A stretch of DNA of 63,499 bases, the filler included, from Collodictyon triciliatum (lineage: Eukaryota): NCBI GenBank assembly GCA_043381765.1. It is 5 parts of 5 records of this genome, joined end to end, with 100 filler letters (N's around TTAATTAATTAA, not from the genome) between each part and the next. Parts side by side here need not be neighbours in the genome. Positions count along the whole stretch, not along the records: positions 1 to 12,270 come from JBHJMP010001915.1; positions 12,371 to 26,217 come from JBHJMP010001917.1; 3 more parts are not named here. One strand, 5' to 3'. A model generated the notes under the pieces. That model ran no database searches. It was not told the DNA's origin and was given only the letters and a program-made list of their open reading frames with translations. Positions within the stretch are counted from its first letter, which is position 1. Every line of letters starts with the position of its first letter. Shown one piece after another: positions 1 through 13,310 of the stretch. The position numbers and the translations under genes were made by a program.

Positions 1-2432
1 CTTTTTTTCTTCTTTTTTTCTTCTTTTTTTCTTCTTTTTTCAAAGTCTTCTCGTGCTGATTCTACCATTACCATCACGCGCGATCACAAGAGGAAAATGC
101 TAACACCTAGTAATCGGTTATACATATATGGAATTTATTGTTTAATACTTATTTAACATTGACTGGAGACAATCACATTTCCACTTACAATTTTCATACT
201 TCAGTAATACATAAATATTTTAACCCCGAAAGATGCCAACAGATAATCTTCTATGTGGAGATTCGTATAACATTGCGCCATTTCGCGTGCAGCTTCGCAC
301 CTTGTAAAATCGATGGTTGTGGGAAATAGGTATTTGGACGGGTAAATGGGCAACAAAATAGCCTTAATTGGATGTGTGCAGTTTCATAAGGGCTCTGTTG
401 ACATCCAAGACTCTCGCCAAAAGGAGGTTGCAGAACGTGGCCGGCTTTGTCCACAGAACGTGCGCTCTCTTATAATGTGCCTATGTTTATGATACATTCT
501 TCCTGCGGTTGTTGGAATCACACGATCACGCCGCCATGTAACCAAACACCCAACGAACTGCCACGAAGAGCATTCAGGATGCGTACGAACCAGGCCATCA
601 TCTTCTTGAGAAAGACCAAAGGCCATGGATGCAAAGCAAAGAACAGACGGAGCCTTGGTCGGTGAAGGGATGCGCCTGACAGCTCAGAAAGCCAAGCTTA
701 TCTATGTTTCGACACAGGATTTGCAAAATGCTTTCCCCCCCTTCTCCTTTCTGCAAATGCTGCTTCCTATGGCCTTCACCTCTGCTGAATTTCAAGACAG
801 AGCAACGAGGCGTTGCGATAGATTCGGTCACTTTCCACCACCTGTGTGCGGTCGGTCAGACGCCATATTCAATATCCTTTCTTTCCTGGCTCCTTTCTTT
901 CTTGACTCCATTCTTTCCTTCTTTACATCCCCTGTAACTGACGATGTATTTGACAGAGTTTCTTTCGGCCTCCCCCAACAAATATCTTCCACAAGAATCA
1001 GACTTGTGCTTTCATTCAGGCCATGAATGTGTAGAGGGGGTTCAGTGTTTGTTGCGGCGCGTTCTCTGATGCACCAAACACCCCAAGCACAACCAACCCA
1101 TCGCCTGCAACCCCAAACCCTTTCTGCAAGATGACAAAAAATCCTGCCTCACTTGCGCAAATATCAATCCACCCACGGCACATAAATACCTACTTTGACA
1201 AACACTGCCCTGTTAATATGATCAGGCGTTTGGAATCATTTGGGACAAAGCAATAACACGCCCAGAGAAATCCACCCAACAAACACACAAAGAACCACAA
1301 AATAACGCCACATGCATTCCCTTCCAGCAGACTCCCTCGAGTGGCGATTGCCTCACTCCTGCCAGTCTCCCTCGCAAAGGACTTCAGATACCCACTCGCT
1401 CGATCTCAGCCGACGTCCGTCCGTCCGCCCGAGACTCCGCCCCAACTAAAACACACAGGCCAGGGCTCCTTCTCACACACCGAGAAACAAACAAAGAGAA
1501 AGGATACGGCCACAAGGAGAGAGTTCTCCAAGTCTCAAGCCGACTGGCAGAAAGAGAGAAACAGAACCAAGGCCCGTGTGTCTACTGGTGCGGTCTTCTT
1601 CTCTTGCAAATCGGAATCTCGGGCGGACTGGCGGTGTGCCTCGTCCGATAGCCCGGAAGGACGTCGAGTCTGCTCATCTTTCATCGTCGCTTCGCCTCTC
1701 CTCAACTTGTGCTCCTGACTCTGCGTCTGCAGTTGGTGTTGTCGGAGAGAAAGAAAAAGAATACGTCTCTCACGTGCTTGTGCGGCGTTTCTTTTCCCCT
1801 TTGGATTCAGGCAGTCGGTGGTACCACGCCTGAACAAACCTTTCCTACTATTATTTTTTTCTTCCCCTCCATCGTTGCTTTCTATCTTTCTTTTTCTTCC
1901 TCTTTTTTTTTCTCCCTTCAAACATTTACTTCGTCTGTGCGCTTAGACACGCCCAATTCTCAGATTTCTTTTTCCTTTTTCTCTTCCTTGCTCACCCACG
2001 CTCTTTGAGAGCTTTGACCTCTTTGTTCAATCGTTTTTCTTCTTTCATTCCCTCCAAACACGCTCACACACAACAAGAACTCATCTGTGACTCACATACC
2101 ACTACTCGTGCTGTCCGTCTACTTCTCAAGAAAGAACCTGCTGCATCTGGAACCCCACATAGCCACAGTAAGACAAGATCGAAAATCCAGCTTCTTCACG
2201 CATACATTTTTTTTAATAATACATACAAATTTGAAAATGGCACGCAGTTGACATTGAATACTGAAGTTGCTGCCGTATATACTATTTTTAGATATATACT
2301 GTTGCTGTTTTTCTTTTCTTTTTTCAACAAAACATTCAGAATTTTTCTTAGGGCTCCCTGAAAAGATATTCAGTAGAATACCCCGAATCACCCATTAACT
2401 CTAAGATATATAAGCAATCCAGTGCCTGTCCC

Positions 2433-4481
2433 ATGAGTAGGAGCCCACCCGAGAGCCTACTACCACAGGATACCACAAACCCTTCAAGAAAAAAGATCAA
2501 GCCTTCAAACACCAACACAGAAGTAGAAAGTTCTAATACTCAGGCGATGCACCTGCCTTCCAGAGGAGCGTATGCCCTGAACCCCCCTCATCTTTTGAGT
2601 GCTACAATTCAGTCACCACTACAACAGCCCCTAAAAGGCCCAAGCTGGTTTATGGACAGTCCCGAGCAACACTACCGTGAGTATACGGGACAACCAAGCA
2701 GAAAGTCTGACCGAGCTGGTGCTCGAGAGACAACACAAATGGTACTGTCGTCATCAGAGAGCTATGAAGTTGCTCACCTTGACATGAAAGGGAGTATCCT
2801 TCCTTCGAAGTCAAGTCACATACTACGCATAGCTACCGATGAACAGTATTCTCACACACATGGTGCCAGTTATAAGCCGATAGTAAAAACACCACAGCAA
2901 TCATCGCTTTTACCTGATTCCCAACACAGCAGTTTTGTCGAAAGCGAAGACGAAGCTGAATATAGTGACGACGTTACAGAACTCGAGAGCCCTGAGGGTG
3001 GCAGAGGAAGACAGATTCCCAAAGCATTTTCAAAGTCTGTACCCACAAAAAATGGAAGTAGAGGAAATAAGTTCTCCTATGAGCAAGATGATTGTCTCTC
3101 TTCTCACGAAGAGAGCAGTGGTGCTCCGAAGAAGCAAAAAACAGCCAGTCACCATAGGAGAGTCGGTAAGGTCATAATGCAGGAGACAGGTGTTCAGACG
3201 AATTCCTGTGAACCCGATACATCACAGGAGGGCCACCCCAGCAAAAAGATTGAAAAGAGCACAGCTGGGAATGAAGGAGCAAGGAAAATCTCCGTATCTG
3301 CATCCTCTCCCTCAGCTACATCCTCCGGGTCGAACTCTGGCAGGGCCAAAGGAAGCAACGCCCCCAAACAAACCACTAAAGTTCAAGCCCAACGGCAGGA
3401 CGAAGCCCAGACCCAGGCGCAGACACAGACGCAGACACAGACACAGACACAGACACAGAGTCGACCGACAGCCCAGAACAGCCGCTCAAACAACCCTGTT
3501 CGAACACAGCTAAGCGAAGAGCAGCGCGCGACGATACTTCAGATGCACGCAGAAGGCCGAAGCTTGCGGGTGATTGCTCGCAGCGTCGGATGCACCCTGT
3601 CGTCTGTTCAGTACACAGTGCAGAAGTTTGAACGATATCACACCATCCAGAACCTCCCAAAGTCAGGGCGAACGCGGCTTCTAGGGACTGTGAACGACGC
3701 CAAGTTTTTCGAGATTGTCGCTATGACAGAAGGCCAGACCCTCACGGAGCGCCTCCAGACCATATCGCACCAGCTGGAGCCCATCATCAAGCACTCTGCA
3801 TCCACGAAAACAATCTACAACGAATGGAAGCGGCGGATTCTGCAATACCCGGCGTCCTGCAGCTACCCCCGACCGCCATCCATGACGATGAACTCCGACA
3901 AGCCCGAAGCGCCAGGACAGAGCCTCGCACAGGAGCCGAAAGCAGAAGCCCACTCACAAGCAACCATCATGGCAGTGGCCTCTGCGCTGGACCAACTCGC
4001 TTCGCAGCAGTTCCTGCCAAGGCCGCAGCAGAACAGCCCAGGTTCACAGAAGCAGCAGCAGCTATCGCCATTGTCGGGTCCGGTAGGGCAAAGCAGACAG
4101 TCGCCCTTGATGCAGGCCCTCATCTCGCGGCTGCCTCCGGCACACCCCATCGACCCGCCCAGGCCGTCGTTCTCGGGCATGCAGGTGCCTTATCTTGCGT
4201 ACTATGTGCCCGGCAGCGGCGCGCCAGCCAACCAGAGCCAGACGTTGTCCGCCCACAGGCACGCGTATCAGGCGTATGCGGCCCTCTTTGGGCATCAGAC
4301 GACGGGGGCGGCCGCGCACACACCCGCAATGCTGCCTCCAATCACGGCGTTCTCTGCTCTCCAAGGTGGCGACAATGACAATGATGACAATGATGACAAT
4401 GATAATGATGATGATAACGATGGCGATGGCGCAAGAGACAACTCCGAGCATTCCGGCCCCCAGACGGAAGGTAACGCATGA
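2433..4481 (+). CDS. Intronless 682-aa low-complexity protein with a Tc1/mariner-type bipartite (paired-like) HTH DNA-binding domain; probable transcription factor
   Basis: Long uninterrupted ORF. Contains LSEEQRATILQMHAEGRSLRVIARSVGCTLSSVQYTVQKF...LPKSGRTR (HTH plus GRPR-like linker) and a second HTH-like stretch ending SASTKTIYNEWKRR (~3507-3840). Flanks are S/Q/P-rich with an acidic tail and an N-terminal RKKIK NLS-like motif. Confidence 0.75.
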   Translation: MSRSPPESLLPQDTTNPSRKKIKPSNTNTEVESSNTQAMHLPSRGAYALNPPHLLSATIQSPLQQPLKGPSWFMDSPEQHYREYTGQPSRKSDRAGARETTQMVLSSSESYEVAHLDMKGSILPSKSSHILRIATDEQYSHTHGASYKPIVKTPQQSSLLPDSQHSSFVESEDEAEYSDDVTELESPEGGRGRQIPKAFSKSVPTKNGSRGNKFSYEQDDCLSSHEESSGAPKKQKTASHHRRVGKVIMQETGVQTNSCEPDTSQEGHPSKKIEKSTAGNEGARKISVSASSPSATSSGSNSGRAKGSNAPKQTTKVQAQRQDEAQTQAQTQTQTQTQTQTQSRPTAQNSRSNNPVRTQLSEEQRATILQMHAEGRSLRVIARSVGCTLSSVQYTVQKFERYHTIQNLPKSGRTRLLGTVNDAKFFEIVAMTEGQTLTERLQTISHQLEPIIKHSASTKTIYNEWKRRILQYPASCSYPRPPSMTMNSDKPEAPGQSLAQEPKAEAHSQATIMAVASALDQLASQQFLPRPQQNSPGSQKQQQLSPLSGPVGQSRQSPLMQALISRLPPAHPIDPPRPSFSGMQVPYLAYYVPGSGAPANQSQTLSAHRHAYQAYAALFGHQTTGAAAHTPAMLPPITAFSALQGGDNDNDDNDDNDNDDDNDGDGARDNSEHSGPQTEGNA

Positions 4482-5957
4482 TGCATATCCCGAGCCCGTG
4501 ACCCATCGCGAGAGTTTCTGTCAAACAGCCCTGTGTGGCCCACCTCACGTCTCATTATCCCGCCGTAGAGACTGAGGAGTATGTGGAAGGCGCGCAATGA
4601 GGCAGACGCACCAGCGCCCCACAGGAACCCACCCTGCTTCTTCACTCGCTTGTACGGCTTAGCCGCCCCTGGTCAGCGTCGCTAATCAGTGGGCCAACTG
4701 TGCTCTTTTCCTTTGCTTTTCTTTCTTTTCCTTTGCTTTCAGGCCCGCGTGTTGGCACCCCAAATAAATTATGCGAATGCATCCAAACCCTGGCGAGGGC
4801 AAAATTTGGCGGTCGGTGCGATTATCTTGCGCTTTGCTGGTTTATGCGCATGCAGTGGATTATACCCGTCATAAAGCCGAGGCAGTTGCGGGCGTACCAG
4901 TATCAGAGACACATAGAAGGGGGCTGATGAGGAAATAGTGTGGGCGAGAGAATGGTGAAGGGAGAATGGAGCGGGAGATATCCAGGGTTGGCAGCTCTAG
5001 TAGGGTTTGTTCCCAAAGCGACGGATGTCCTCCACTATTTTTGTTTCCTCGCAGTAGTGAGCAGGTCGATGGAAGTTCTCGTTTGGCTTTGTCTGAGAAG
5101 GTTGGTCGGTTTGTTTGTGTTTCTTTGTGAGAGAAATGACTAGAGTTGCCCGACGCAGACCTTCTTTTTTTTTCCCTGGAAAAATAGATTATGGGAAGAA
5201 ATGAAAAGGAACATACCAGGCGTTCGTGGAACCAGCCAACCTCCTGGGATGATGTCTGGGGCCCTACATACTTTTCCTTGGGCGTCTTGTAGCTGTCGTG
5301 CAGGGTTCCAAGATAAGGATCTGATTATGTGTGCGTATCGTCAGCAGGATTGCGGTTCTCTGGTCATAAGAGACAGGACGGATGAAGTATACCGCTTGTA
5401 GAAGAGGAGGCTCTGGTGACGTCGAGCTCTTTGCTGGGTGTTGTGTGGTTGGGTTTTTCTGGAATGGCGTGGACTACAGCAGAGAGACAGGGTCAGTCAC
5501 GTGGATCTGTCGGCCGCAACGTGCTCATTCTCGTACACTACCTGTCTTTGGGTGGCACTGGAACTGAGCCCCTTCGAAGTTTGCGGCGTGGTGGATCTTT
5601 TCCTTCTGCAGGTGTTCGCGCCAAATGGACTCTAGCTTGACTTGATCGCTCTTTGTGTGCTTCGGATCCCAATTCATTCTGCGACCGGGCTGGGGTTTTT
5701 TTTACTTGTTTTGCTCTGCTGGGTAAAGAGGCGTGAGAGGAAGGCATGGGACAAGGCCTTAGAATAACTTCCCTTGCACGGTGTTTCGCCAAGCAGGTTG
5801 CGATTTCGAGCGCTGTTTGATTCATCTTCCGCACAGAAAATGTACGATTCGCAATCGGCCCGACACGGGCAGGCGTCGTCGAATTCCCATAGGCACTGGT
5901 CGTTGCAACGGCCGACAACGCTTCCCTATTCTGGAGATATGGCACATTTCTTTATTC

Positions 5958-7488
5958 TCAGCAGCGCGCCTTCTTCGAGGGCACAGCACTTCCAGATGTG
6001 GCGCCTGCAGCGAGCGACTGCAGCAGCTCGGTCATGTTTGCGCCCACACTCTCGTCCGACTCCACGCCAAGCGTGTCCTGCAGATCGTATCAGTCGCGTT
6101 TGTCAGCCTTGGGATGGCCATATCTGGATTCATGGTCTGATTGTCTCATGGTTGGCGTGCTTGCTATGCAGCTTCAAGAGAAGGAAAAGTGCGGCGCATA
6201 CCATCATCTGGCTCGGCTTCTGGTCGGCCTGGTCGCTGAGTGCCCGCACAACCCCCATGCACTGCAATCAGCACAGGAAAGAGATAAAAACAAGAGCGTC
6301 TGCAACGCTATAAACTCTGAAATATGCTGATGCTTGTAGGAAAGAATTTTTTTCTGGCTAAGAATAGGGAGGATTTGGAGGAGTATTGGTGGAGGGCTTA
6401 CCATATTCTTTCGCTTTTTCCATTCCCCCTACGCATATTTGCAATTTTAGACTCTGATATTTTTTTCTTTTTATGATTGAAAAATGCTGTCCAAGAATGT
6501 CTTTGAATTAATTATATTGTATTGCATCGTATTGTACTGTATTGTATTGCATTGTATTGAATTGAATTTGTTTGTATAACCCTGCCACTCACAAAGGCCT
6601 GGTTCTGAATCTTGTCCACCCTCGCTTTCTCCTCTGGTGATATCAAGTTGGAACCATCTCCCAGTCTTTCAAGTCGTGCTTGGAGCCGCACATTCTAATT
6701 TTTGAATGTTTTAACATATAGGACCCAAACCAAATAGACATTTGCAAATCTTTTCTGTATTAAGGTGACGAATCGTTGCAGGTGCATCCATCTTGAAGGT
6801 GTTTTCTTCTTCTTCGATGACATATCAAACGAATAAGATGGGCATGAAAACCTCGTCTTTAAGGGCTTGAATGCGCAGTTCTATATCCTCATCCGTGAGA
6901 GCTGACTCTAACTGTGATAAATCTGGATTGTATACATGTTAGTATAAGTGTGTGGAATTCGTGAGTGGTTTTCTGGGTGTTTGATGCAGAGGCGACCCAC
7001 TAGTAAGAAGCTGCTTGTTCTCTGATGTGTGCTCTTGTAATACAGCCACGAGCTTCTTCGTTTCTTCGTCCATTTTGGTCAGCTCTTCCTTGTCGGGTAT
7101 TGGGAACTGATCCTGGCGCGCATAATATATAGTCATTTTGCCATTGGGTTTTGCTGTTATCTTTCCAGATGCCGATAAGGTATCTAAAGCTTTTTGCGTC
7201 AAAGTTTTGCCAACTTTCTGGTGCAAGTTATTGAAGATGAGAAGATGATTAAACGGCCTGTTCTGCGAGTTTATGTAGTCGAGTATCGTCTGTATTCCTA
7301 TTGTTTAGAAGCGTTAGAGCGGGTTGTTTGGTTGGTCTCGTGAAAATTGGCTCCGTCTCTCGGTTAATTGCACGCATCATACCCTCAGCCTCCCCAGCAT
7401 CTGCTGCTGCTGCTGCTTTTCCCTGCTTTGTTGTTGCCTTCTCCTTCTTCTCCTTGGGTGCTGCCCCTTCCTTCTTTTCTCTGGCCAT
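5958..7488 (-). CDS. HOP2: Homologous-pairing protein Hop2/TBPIP (multi-exon)
   Basis: Spliced translation ILDYINSQNRPFN...VGKTLTQKALDTLSASGKITAKPNGKMTIYYARQD (winged helix), then coiled coil, GEWKKRKNM and DTLGVESDE. GT-AG introns; stop at 5958-5960. Confidence 0.88.
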
Positions 7489-8299
7489 TACTGCGCCCTT
7501 ACAACAAACGATATTCTGAAGCTTTAAAACATGTCAAATCGATTAGTAACCTTGGAAATTCCTGATTGAAGCACACGGGCAGCGAACGGCGACACATTCA
7601 ATCTTTAACCACTGCAAATTCCTTCGTCATCCTCTTGTGCGGGTGTGCCAGTCCGCTCGTCCTTAGATGCAGAGAAGCTTTATACCCCACCCACCTGGCC
7701 AAAGAATATAAGCCAGGTTCTCGGTACTTGTGTTCGGCGAAAAGTCGGTGCCTTTATTATTTCTGGAAATTAAACGGTGATTGATTTATTATGATACATA
7801 ATCCACATAGGGCTCATTATGTAAAATATTTATGCACTGTGTATAGATATGTGTATTAATATGTCTTATGTATGCTCAACCGACCCTCCATTTCTGGATA
7901 ATGACGGCATCGTGATTCTCGTCATTGGCAAATGGAATATATTCGCTCAGCCTCCTCATTAATGCATTGGACGATTCATTTAGTTTCTTCGCTCCACTCG
8001 CATCAGTGGCGAAGTTCCACAAGCACCTGGCAAACACTGGACTACTTGAAAGATTTTTTTTTTTCCAAAATCTAGGCCAAGGAGTCTTCTGATCGGCCAT
8101 GCAGAGGCGCACAGGGTTAAGAAAGGCTGCAGAAGTTGTAAGCGGCTTTTTTTTTTCCTTCTTATTTCCTCCTGTAGTTGTTTTTTTTCTTTTGCCACCA
8201 ACAGAAGACAGTTATAATTGTTATTATTTATATAAAAATATTTGTGTTTAAATGAGCCCGGAATATGGCTCACGTTAAACGCATACTTGATTAACTTTC

Positions 8300-11200
8300 A
8301 TGGGGCTATATTTTCGACCTGATGGTATACACGTTCAACAACCACTAACCACCAAAGTAAAGGGCGAGGAAAAGGAAGACAAAGCGCTCAGTGATATACG
8401 GAGGAATCAAAGCCCCTGGGGCCCGATTGTAGCCCTTCTCGTCTTCATTGGAGTGGTCTTCACTCTGTCGTTCAATGCCAGATTCATCCTTCCCGAGGCT
8501 CTCCCAAAAGATGCTCCACCAGATCAATTCTCTGAAGGACGTGCTTTCACATATCTCGAATATTTGACAAAAAAGATTGGACCCCGTAGGTTATATATAT
8601 GAGAGAAGTATATTTGTAGCCTCCATTATTCATCTTACTCCTTGTCAGCTATTATCAGGATGCCTACTGAAAATCCCTTCTCCTGAAGGACCCGAACTTA
8701 CAGTTGTTTTATTCAGGTGTTGTTGGCAGCCCTCAGAACGAAGAACAGGCCGCAGCATACATACAGCACGTCCTTCTTGACATTCAGAAACTCTCGCACC
8801 CAGTGAGTATCTTTCATACCTCACTTCACTTACTCGGCGTAGTGCCTACGTAGGATTTTTTTATATATATTTTCGCTTAGAAAGTTGGTTCGATTCTTTG
8901 AATCAAATAAAGGACTAAGAAATAATGTTGGTATGATTGTGGGAATAATATTTAAAGAATCAGCATCATCGTAAAATGAGGATGGCATCCAAATTAGAAC
9001 TCCAGAGGGAAAATTAGCTTAAATACACATTTTTCTTATCAACTACTCGGCATACAGCAAACAAACATGGAGATAATGATTCAATCCGCGACAGGATCTT
9101 ATTTCCTTAACTACCGTGGGTTTAAGGTATGCTGATAAATCTGTGTGCCCTCGTTTGAAATGAATCAAAACAACCTCATGGAAAATCCAATTGATCGGTT
9201 ATGGATAAAGTCGAAGACGTGGATTCACACGCCAATATAGTATCGAAAAAAAAGAAAAATAGAAGATAAAAAAAAAAGCCCTCCAAAGATCGATGAAATC
9301 TATTTGCTCATATTCAAACAAAATATATTACTATAATCATAATTAGAAGGTTAATACCTAACGTTATCCAAAAATATCGGAAACCGATTAACTCAACCAT
9401 TCTTGCCATCTCTCTTATTCAAGGGCTTCGTCAATGTGTACACAAACATCACAAACATCATAGTTCGCATCCACCGAAAGCGAGTTTCTTCTCCAGATGC
9501 CATTTTACTATCATGTCATTACGACTCTATGACAGGAACCGAAGGTGTGATGAGCTACATAATTTTTCTTATACTAACTTTAGAATGATAAAATTATATA
9601 CTGTGAAAGACAGAAGCCTATTGATATATCTTCTAATTTCCTCAACAAAAATAAAATTTTATATGTTGTTAAAATTACCGTATCATATTTATATTTTTTA
9701 CACCTCATATACCCTAGGTGCATCTGACAACGGAGCTGCCGTTTCTGTGATGTTGGAGACTATCCGAGCCCTCGTGGTAACCTCACCACCGATTAACGAA
9801 TACGTCATTCTGTTCAATGGTAAAACTAATAGCGCCATGAAAACTGCCAAAAAAAAAAAAACACTAGTTGGAGTAAGACACTTTAGCAATTTTAATATTT
9901 CTTCACACAAACGTACTATTCACAGGAGCCGAAGAGATGGGACTTCAAGGGGCTCATGGATTCATCGAACACCACCCTATTGCCAAAAAGTATGTAACAA
10001 AACTAATAGCAAGCTTAAATGCTACAAATTGCTGGCCCGAGCTTTTATCAATGTTGTTTATTCTTTATATTGTACAATACCAAATCTTTTTTGAAACATA
10101 TCCAGACTGCGAGTCTTTATCAATCTCGATAGTGGAGGATGCGGTGGGCGCACTACTTTGCTGCAAACAGGTCCTGGCCATGCATGGTTGACTGAAGTTT
10201 ATAACAAGTATGCGCCACGCCGAATGGGCAGTGTTGGGGTAAGCTTTATACGAATCCGACCAAAATTCTTGGAGTGATTTTTCAAATAGAATAAGATAAA
10301 AAGATACACGTTAAGATGTCCATGGCTTCTTTCAAATATAGAGTCAAGATGTTTTTCAGTCAGGCGTTGTCCCTAGCGACACAGGTGCTACATGTTTTTG
10401 GTGTGAATTTCCTCTAGAAGGGGCACTCAAATGTTCTTTATGAAACACGACTTTTGCTAACAATTTCACTGTCATGGTAATATCAATTTTAGACTTTCGG
10501 ATATTTGCAGAATTTGGGAATATCCCTGGCCTTGACTTTGTTTACTTCAAGGACGGGTAGCAAAATATTTATTGTTCCGAACTTTAAAAATGCTAAAACC
10601 ATACGCCCATTCTTACCAAAAAACTTAAGAATCAAGTTTAATCGAATTACCAGATTCGCATACCATACACATTTGGACACACTCGAGAGAATGCCACAGG
10701 GCAGTTTGCAGTTTTCCGGTGACAACATCTTAGCAATTGCCACCGCTTTAGGTCACGACACAGAGCTTGGAGCGAAAGCATCGTGAAACTTAAAATTTGC
10801 ATCATTTATAATTTTTTTTTTTATTTATTTACGTAACATTGTAGATATTCCATCATGAAATGGCTTGCGATTCATTCAACCTTTTTTCCCCCCCAAAATG
10901 ATAAAAATTTAACATGATTTCAATATCACGCGCTTCATAGCGGTCCACCAGGGCATTCATCAGTCTATTATGATATCCTTGGTAAATAGTGCATGTTATG
11001 GTCAAATTTTAACTACCTTTTCAACCTTTAAATTTCTTTTCACGGTAAAATTTAAGGGAGACTTTTCTAGCCATTTTGTCACGATTTTCCCACCTCAAAC
11101 CGTCACCGAATATATACCTCCTCAAAGTCATGCACTGAACATTATGCCACATCCTACAGGTATCATCGGAATCGTCTATAGTTGGTCAGTAGCTAAATTG

Positions 11201-12076
11201 ATAAACTATTCTTCTGTGCTTCTTGGGGTCGCTGTTTGTAGGCAAATACTGTTATCTCCAAAAGAAAAGAAAGATGATACTCAAGTCCCCAGATTGGATT
11301 ACGATTCAACAAGATTGGTCGTACTAGCAAGTTCATTTGGAATGGTGGTCGGAGAATTGGTACAGTTGCCTCTTATTTAGTTTAAGTAATTGTACTTTAT
11401 ATCTTGATTTTGAGTAGCTTTTTTGTTTACATCAAATAATCAGTATTTTTTTTTAAAAAAGAAAACCAGATTTTAAGTTCTTGATATATCACGGGAATCT
11501 TTCTGAAATCGAGCATACTTATTTCACATGGAAGGTTCTCAGTGCGCTCTTCTCGGTGCTCACTGGTGTCTTCATTTCCATCATTCTGGGTAGACAAATG
11601 ACATTCTATTCAGCTCCTTGGACATCGGTTGTCCTATACGGGTCACCAGCAATAATAGCGATACTTGTTATTCAGGCATGCACATCAGCAATTCATTTCT
11701 TCCGAGCCAAATCACAATTGTATTAGCACAAAAGTCAACCTAATAACACGCTCAAGCTACTATATTTTTAAAAACTTTTTTATCTGGAGCTTTTGGAATG
11801 GCTTCTCTCTCGAAATATCCACTAACACAAAATTATGGTACCATCCGACGCAGCTCTTGTACCTGAATGATTCTATTCTTTCGTTCTCGACTGGGACCCT
11901 TCTCCACCCATCTGAATATCCTGGGGTAATGCTCTACATGGGGACACTGCTGTTTTTCATGTTTATGAATAGTGCACTCACTGCACTTGGGGCTGGGTTA
12001 TCTTACATTCCCATGCTCTGGACAGTATACTTGTCAATTGCCATTATATTCCTGTCAAAACAGAGACCGAAAACAG
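8300..12076 (+). CDS. ERMP1: ER metallopeptidase 1-like M28 peptidase with TM region; 3' end cut by contig end
   Basis: Exons encode FSEGRA, LLSCHYDS, GASDNGAAVSVMLE, LFNG|AEEMGLQGAHGF, FINLDSGG, PSDT|DFR, PGLDF and YHTHLD, followed by hydrophobic TM exons. Confidence 0.88.
8895..8923 (+). mobile_element. Mini A-tailed insertion, family B (degenerate copy) in ERMP1 intron
   Basis: TCTTTGAATCAAATAAAGGA plus A-rich tail; imperfect flanking repeat 8881-8894/8924-8937 (11/14). Confidence 0.5.
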
Positions 12077-12187
12077 GTAAAGCTTTATGTTGGATGCTAC
12101 TATTTATAGTTCCTTCGCTTACCTTTTCCGCATTATTTCATCCCTTGATGTCTATTCTTAGTATAATTTTCTAGTCCCCTTCCCCCC

Positions 12188-12219
<32 letters not shown>

Positions 12220-12270
12220 GGTTATCTTTTTTCTTTCTTTTTTTTTTTTTTTGATATTTCTTTTTTTTTT

Positions 12271-12370
12271 NNNNNNNNNNNNNNNNNNNNNNNNNNNNNN
12301 NNNNNNNNNNNNNNTTAATTAATTAANNNNNNNNNNNNNNNNNNNNNNNNNNNNNNNNNNNNNNNNNNNN
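12271..12370. other. Artificial contig spacer
   Basis: N44-TTAATTAATTAA-N44 (six-frame stop linker). Confidence 0.97.
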
Positions 12371-12540
12371 AAAAAGAGAGAAAAAAGAGAGAAAAAAGAG
12401 AGAAAAAAGAGAGAAAAAAGAGAGAAAAAAGAGAGAAAAAAGAGAGAAAAAAGAGAGAAAAAAGAGAGATAAAAAGAGAGATAAAAAGAGAGATAAAAAG
12501 AGAGAGAAAAAGAGAGAAAAAAGAGAGAAAAAAGAGAAAA
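12371..12540. repeat. (AAAAAGAGAG)n tandem repeat in RRP45 intron
   Basis: Visible 10-mer array at the contig edge. Confidence 0.9.
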
Positions 12541-12562
12541 GACCTTAACAAAAAGGAAGTAC

Positions 12563-12723
12563 CTTGTCTGCCCCAACTGTACTTCAACCTGGCCAAACTG
12601 CTGCCCAAGTTTCAGCTGTAGTTTACGAACATCGGCCAAGCCGCGCCCATCTATGCGCTGCTGCTGCTGGAGTCCAGTCTGAATGAACTTTTGCTCGTTG
12701 AGGCTCAGGAGTCTTTCGCGCAT
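12563..12723 (-). CDS. RRP45: Exosome component RRP45/EXOSC9, first exon only (remainder lost at contig end)
   Basis: MRERLLSLNEQKFI...RIDGRGLADVRKLQLKLGQQFGQVEVQLGQTR followed by a GT donor; RNase PH-family N-terminus. Confidence 0.85.
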
Positions 12724-13310
12724 CTTCACCGGGCGATCGTTTAGCGCTTCAAGACCGACTTTCTTTTATATGTATTCATACAAGTACATACAAGTGAGTA
12801 TCATATAAATAAATAAATAAATAAATATGTATTCCCTTTGCGCCTTTCCTCCTGTTGCCACGCACGTTGGAAAGAGTTGTGGTTAGTTTTGCCGCTGCTG
12901 AAAATGTGGTTGATTTGTGGTAGTCTTTTGCCCTTCGGCCTTGTCTGTGGGGGCGACAAAACAAAAGTCGACCAGAGCGCAAAGAAGTGCACAACACCGA
13001 TCGCGGAGGGCGAGGAAGGGCGAGACGAGTCACAAGGATGGCGTTTGCCCGACCCAGTTTATTGTTATTATCATTATCATTATCATTATCATCACTATTA
13101 TTGTGGCTATGGGTGTGAAGACCATCTCCACTGTTACAGACTATTCCTGCTGCTGTTGTAGTTTTTGTTGACACATGTTGACCACACCCTGAGACATAGT
13201 GGAAAGAAAAGGGTACTTTTTTTCCTTCTTTTTCTTTTCTTCTTTCTTTCTTCTTTTTTCCTTTTTCTTAGAGAGCGATAGGATATGCTTTCAGACAAAG
13301 GAGATGTTTT

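Noticed and set aside
1-2432. Many 60-130 aa ORFs
   Set aside because: No recognisable motifs; pyrimidine-rich sequence more consistent with upstream or UTR DNA of the 2433 gene.
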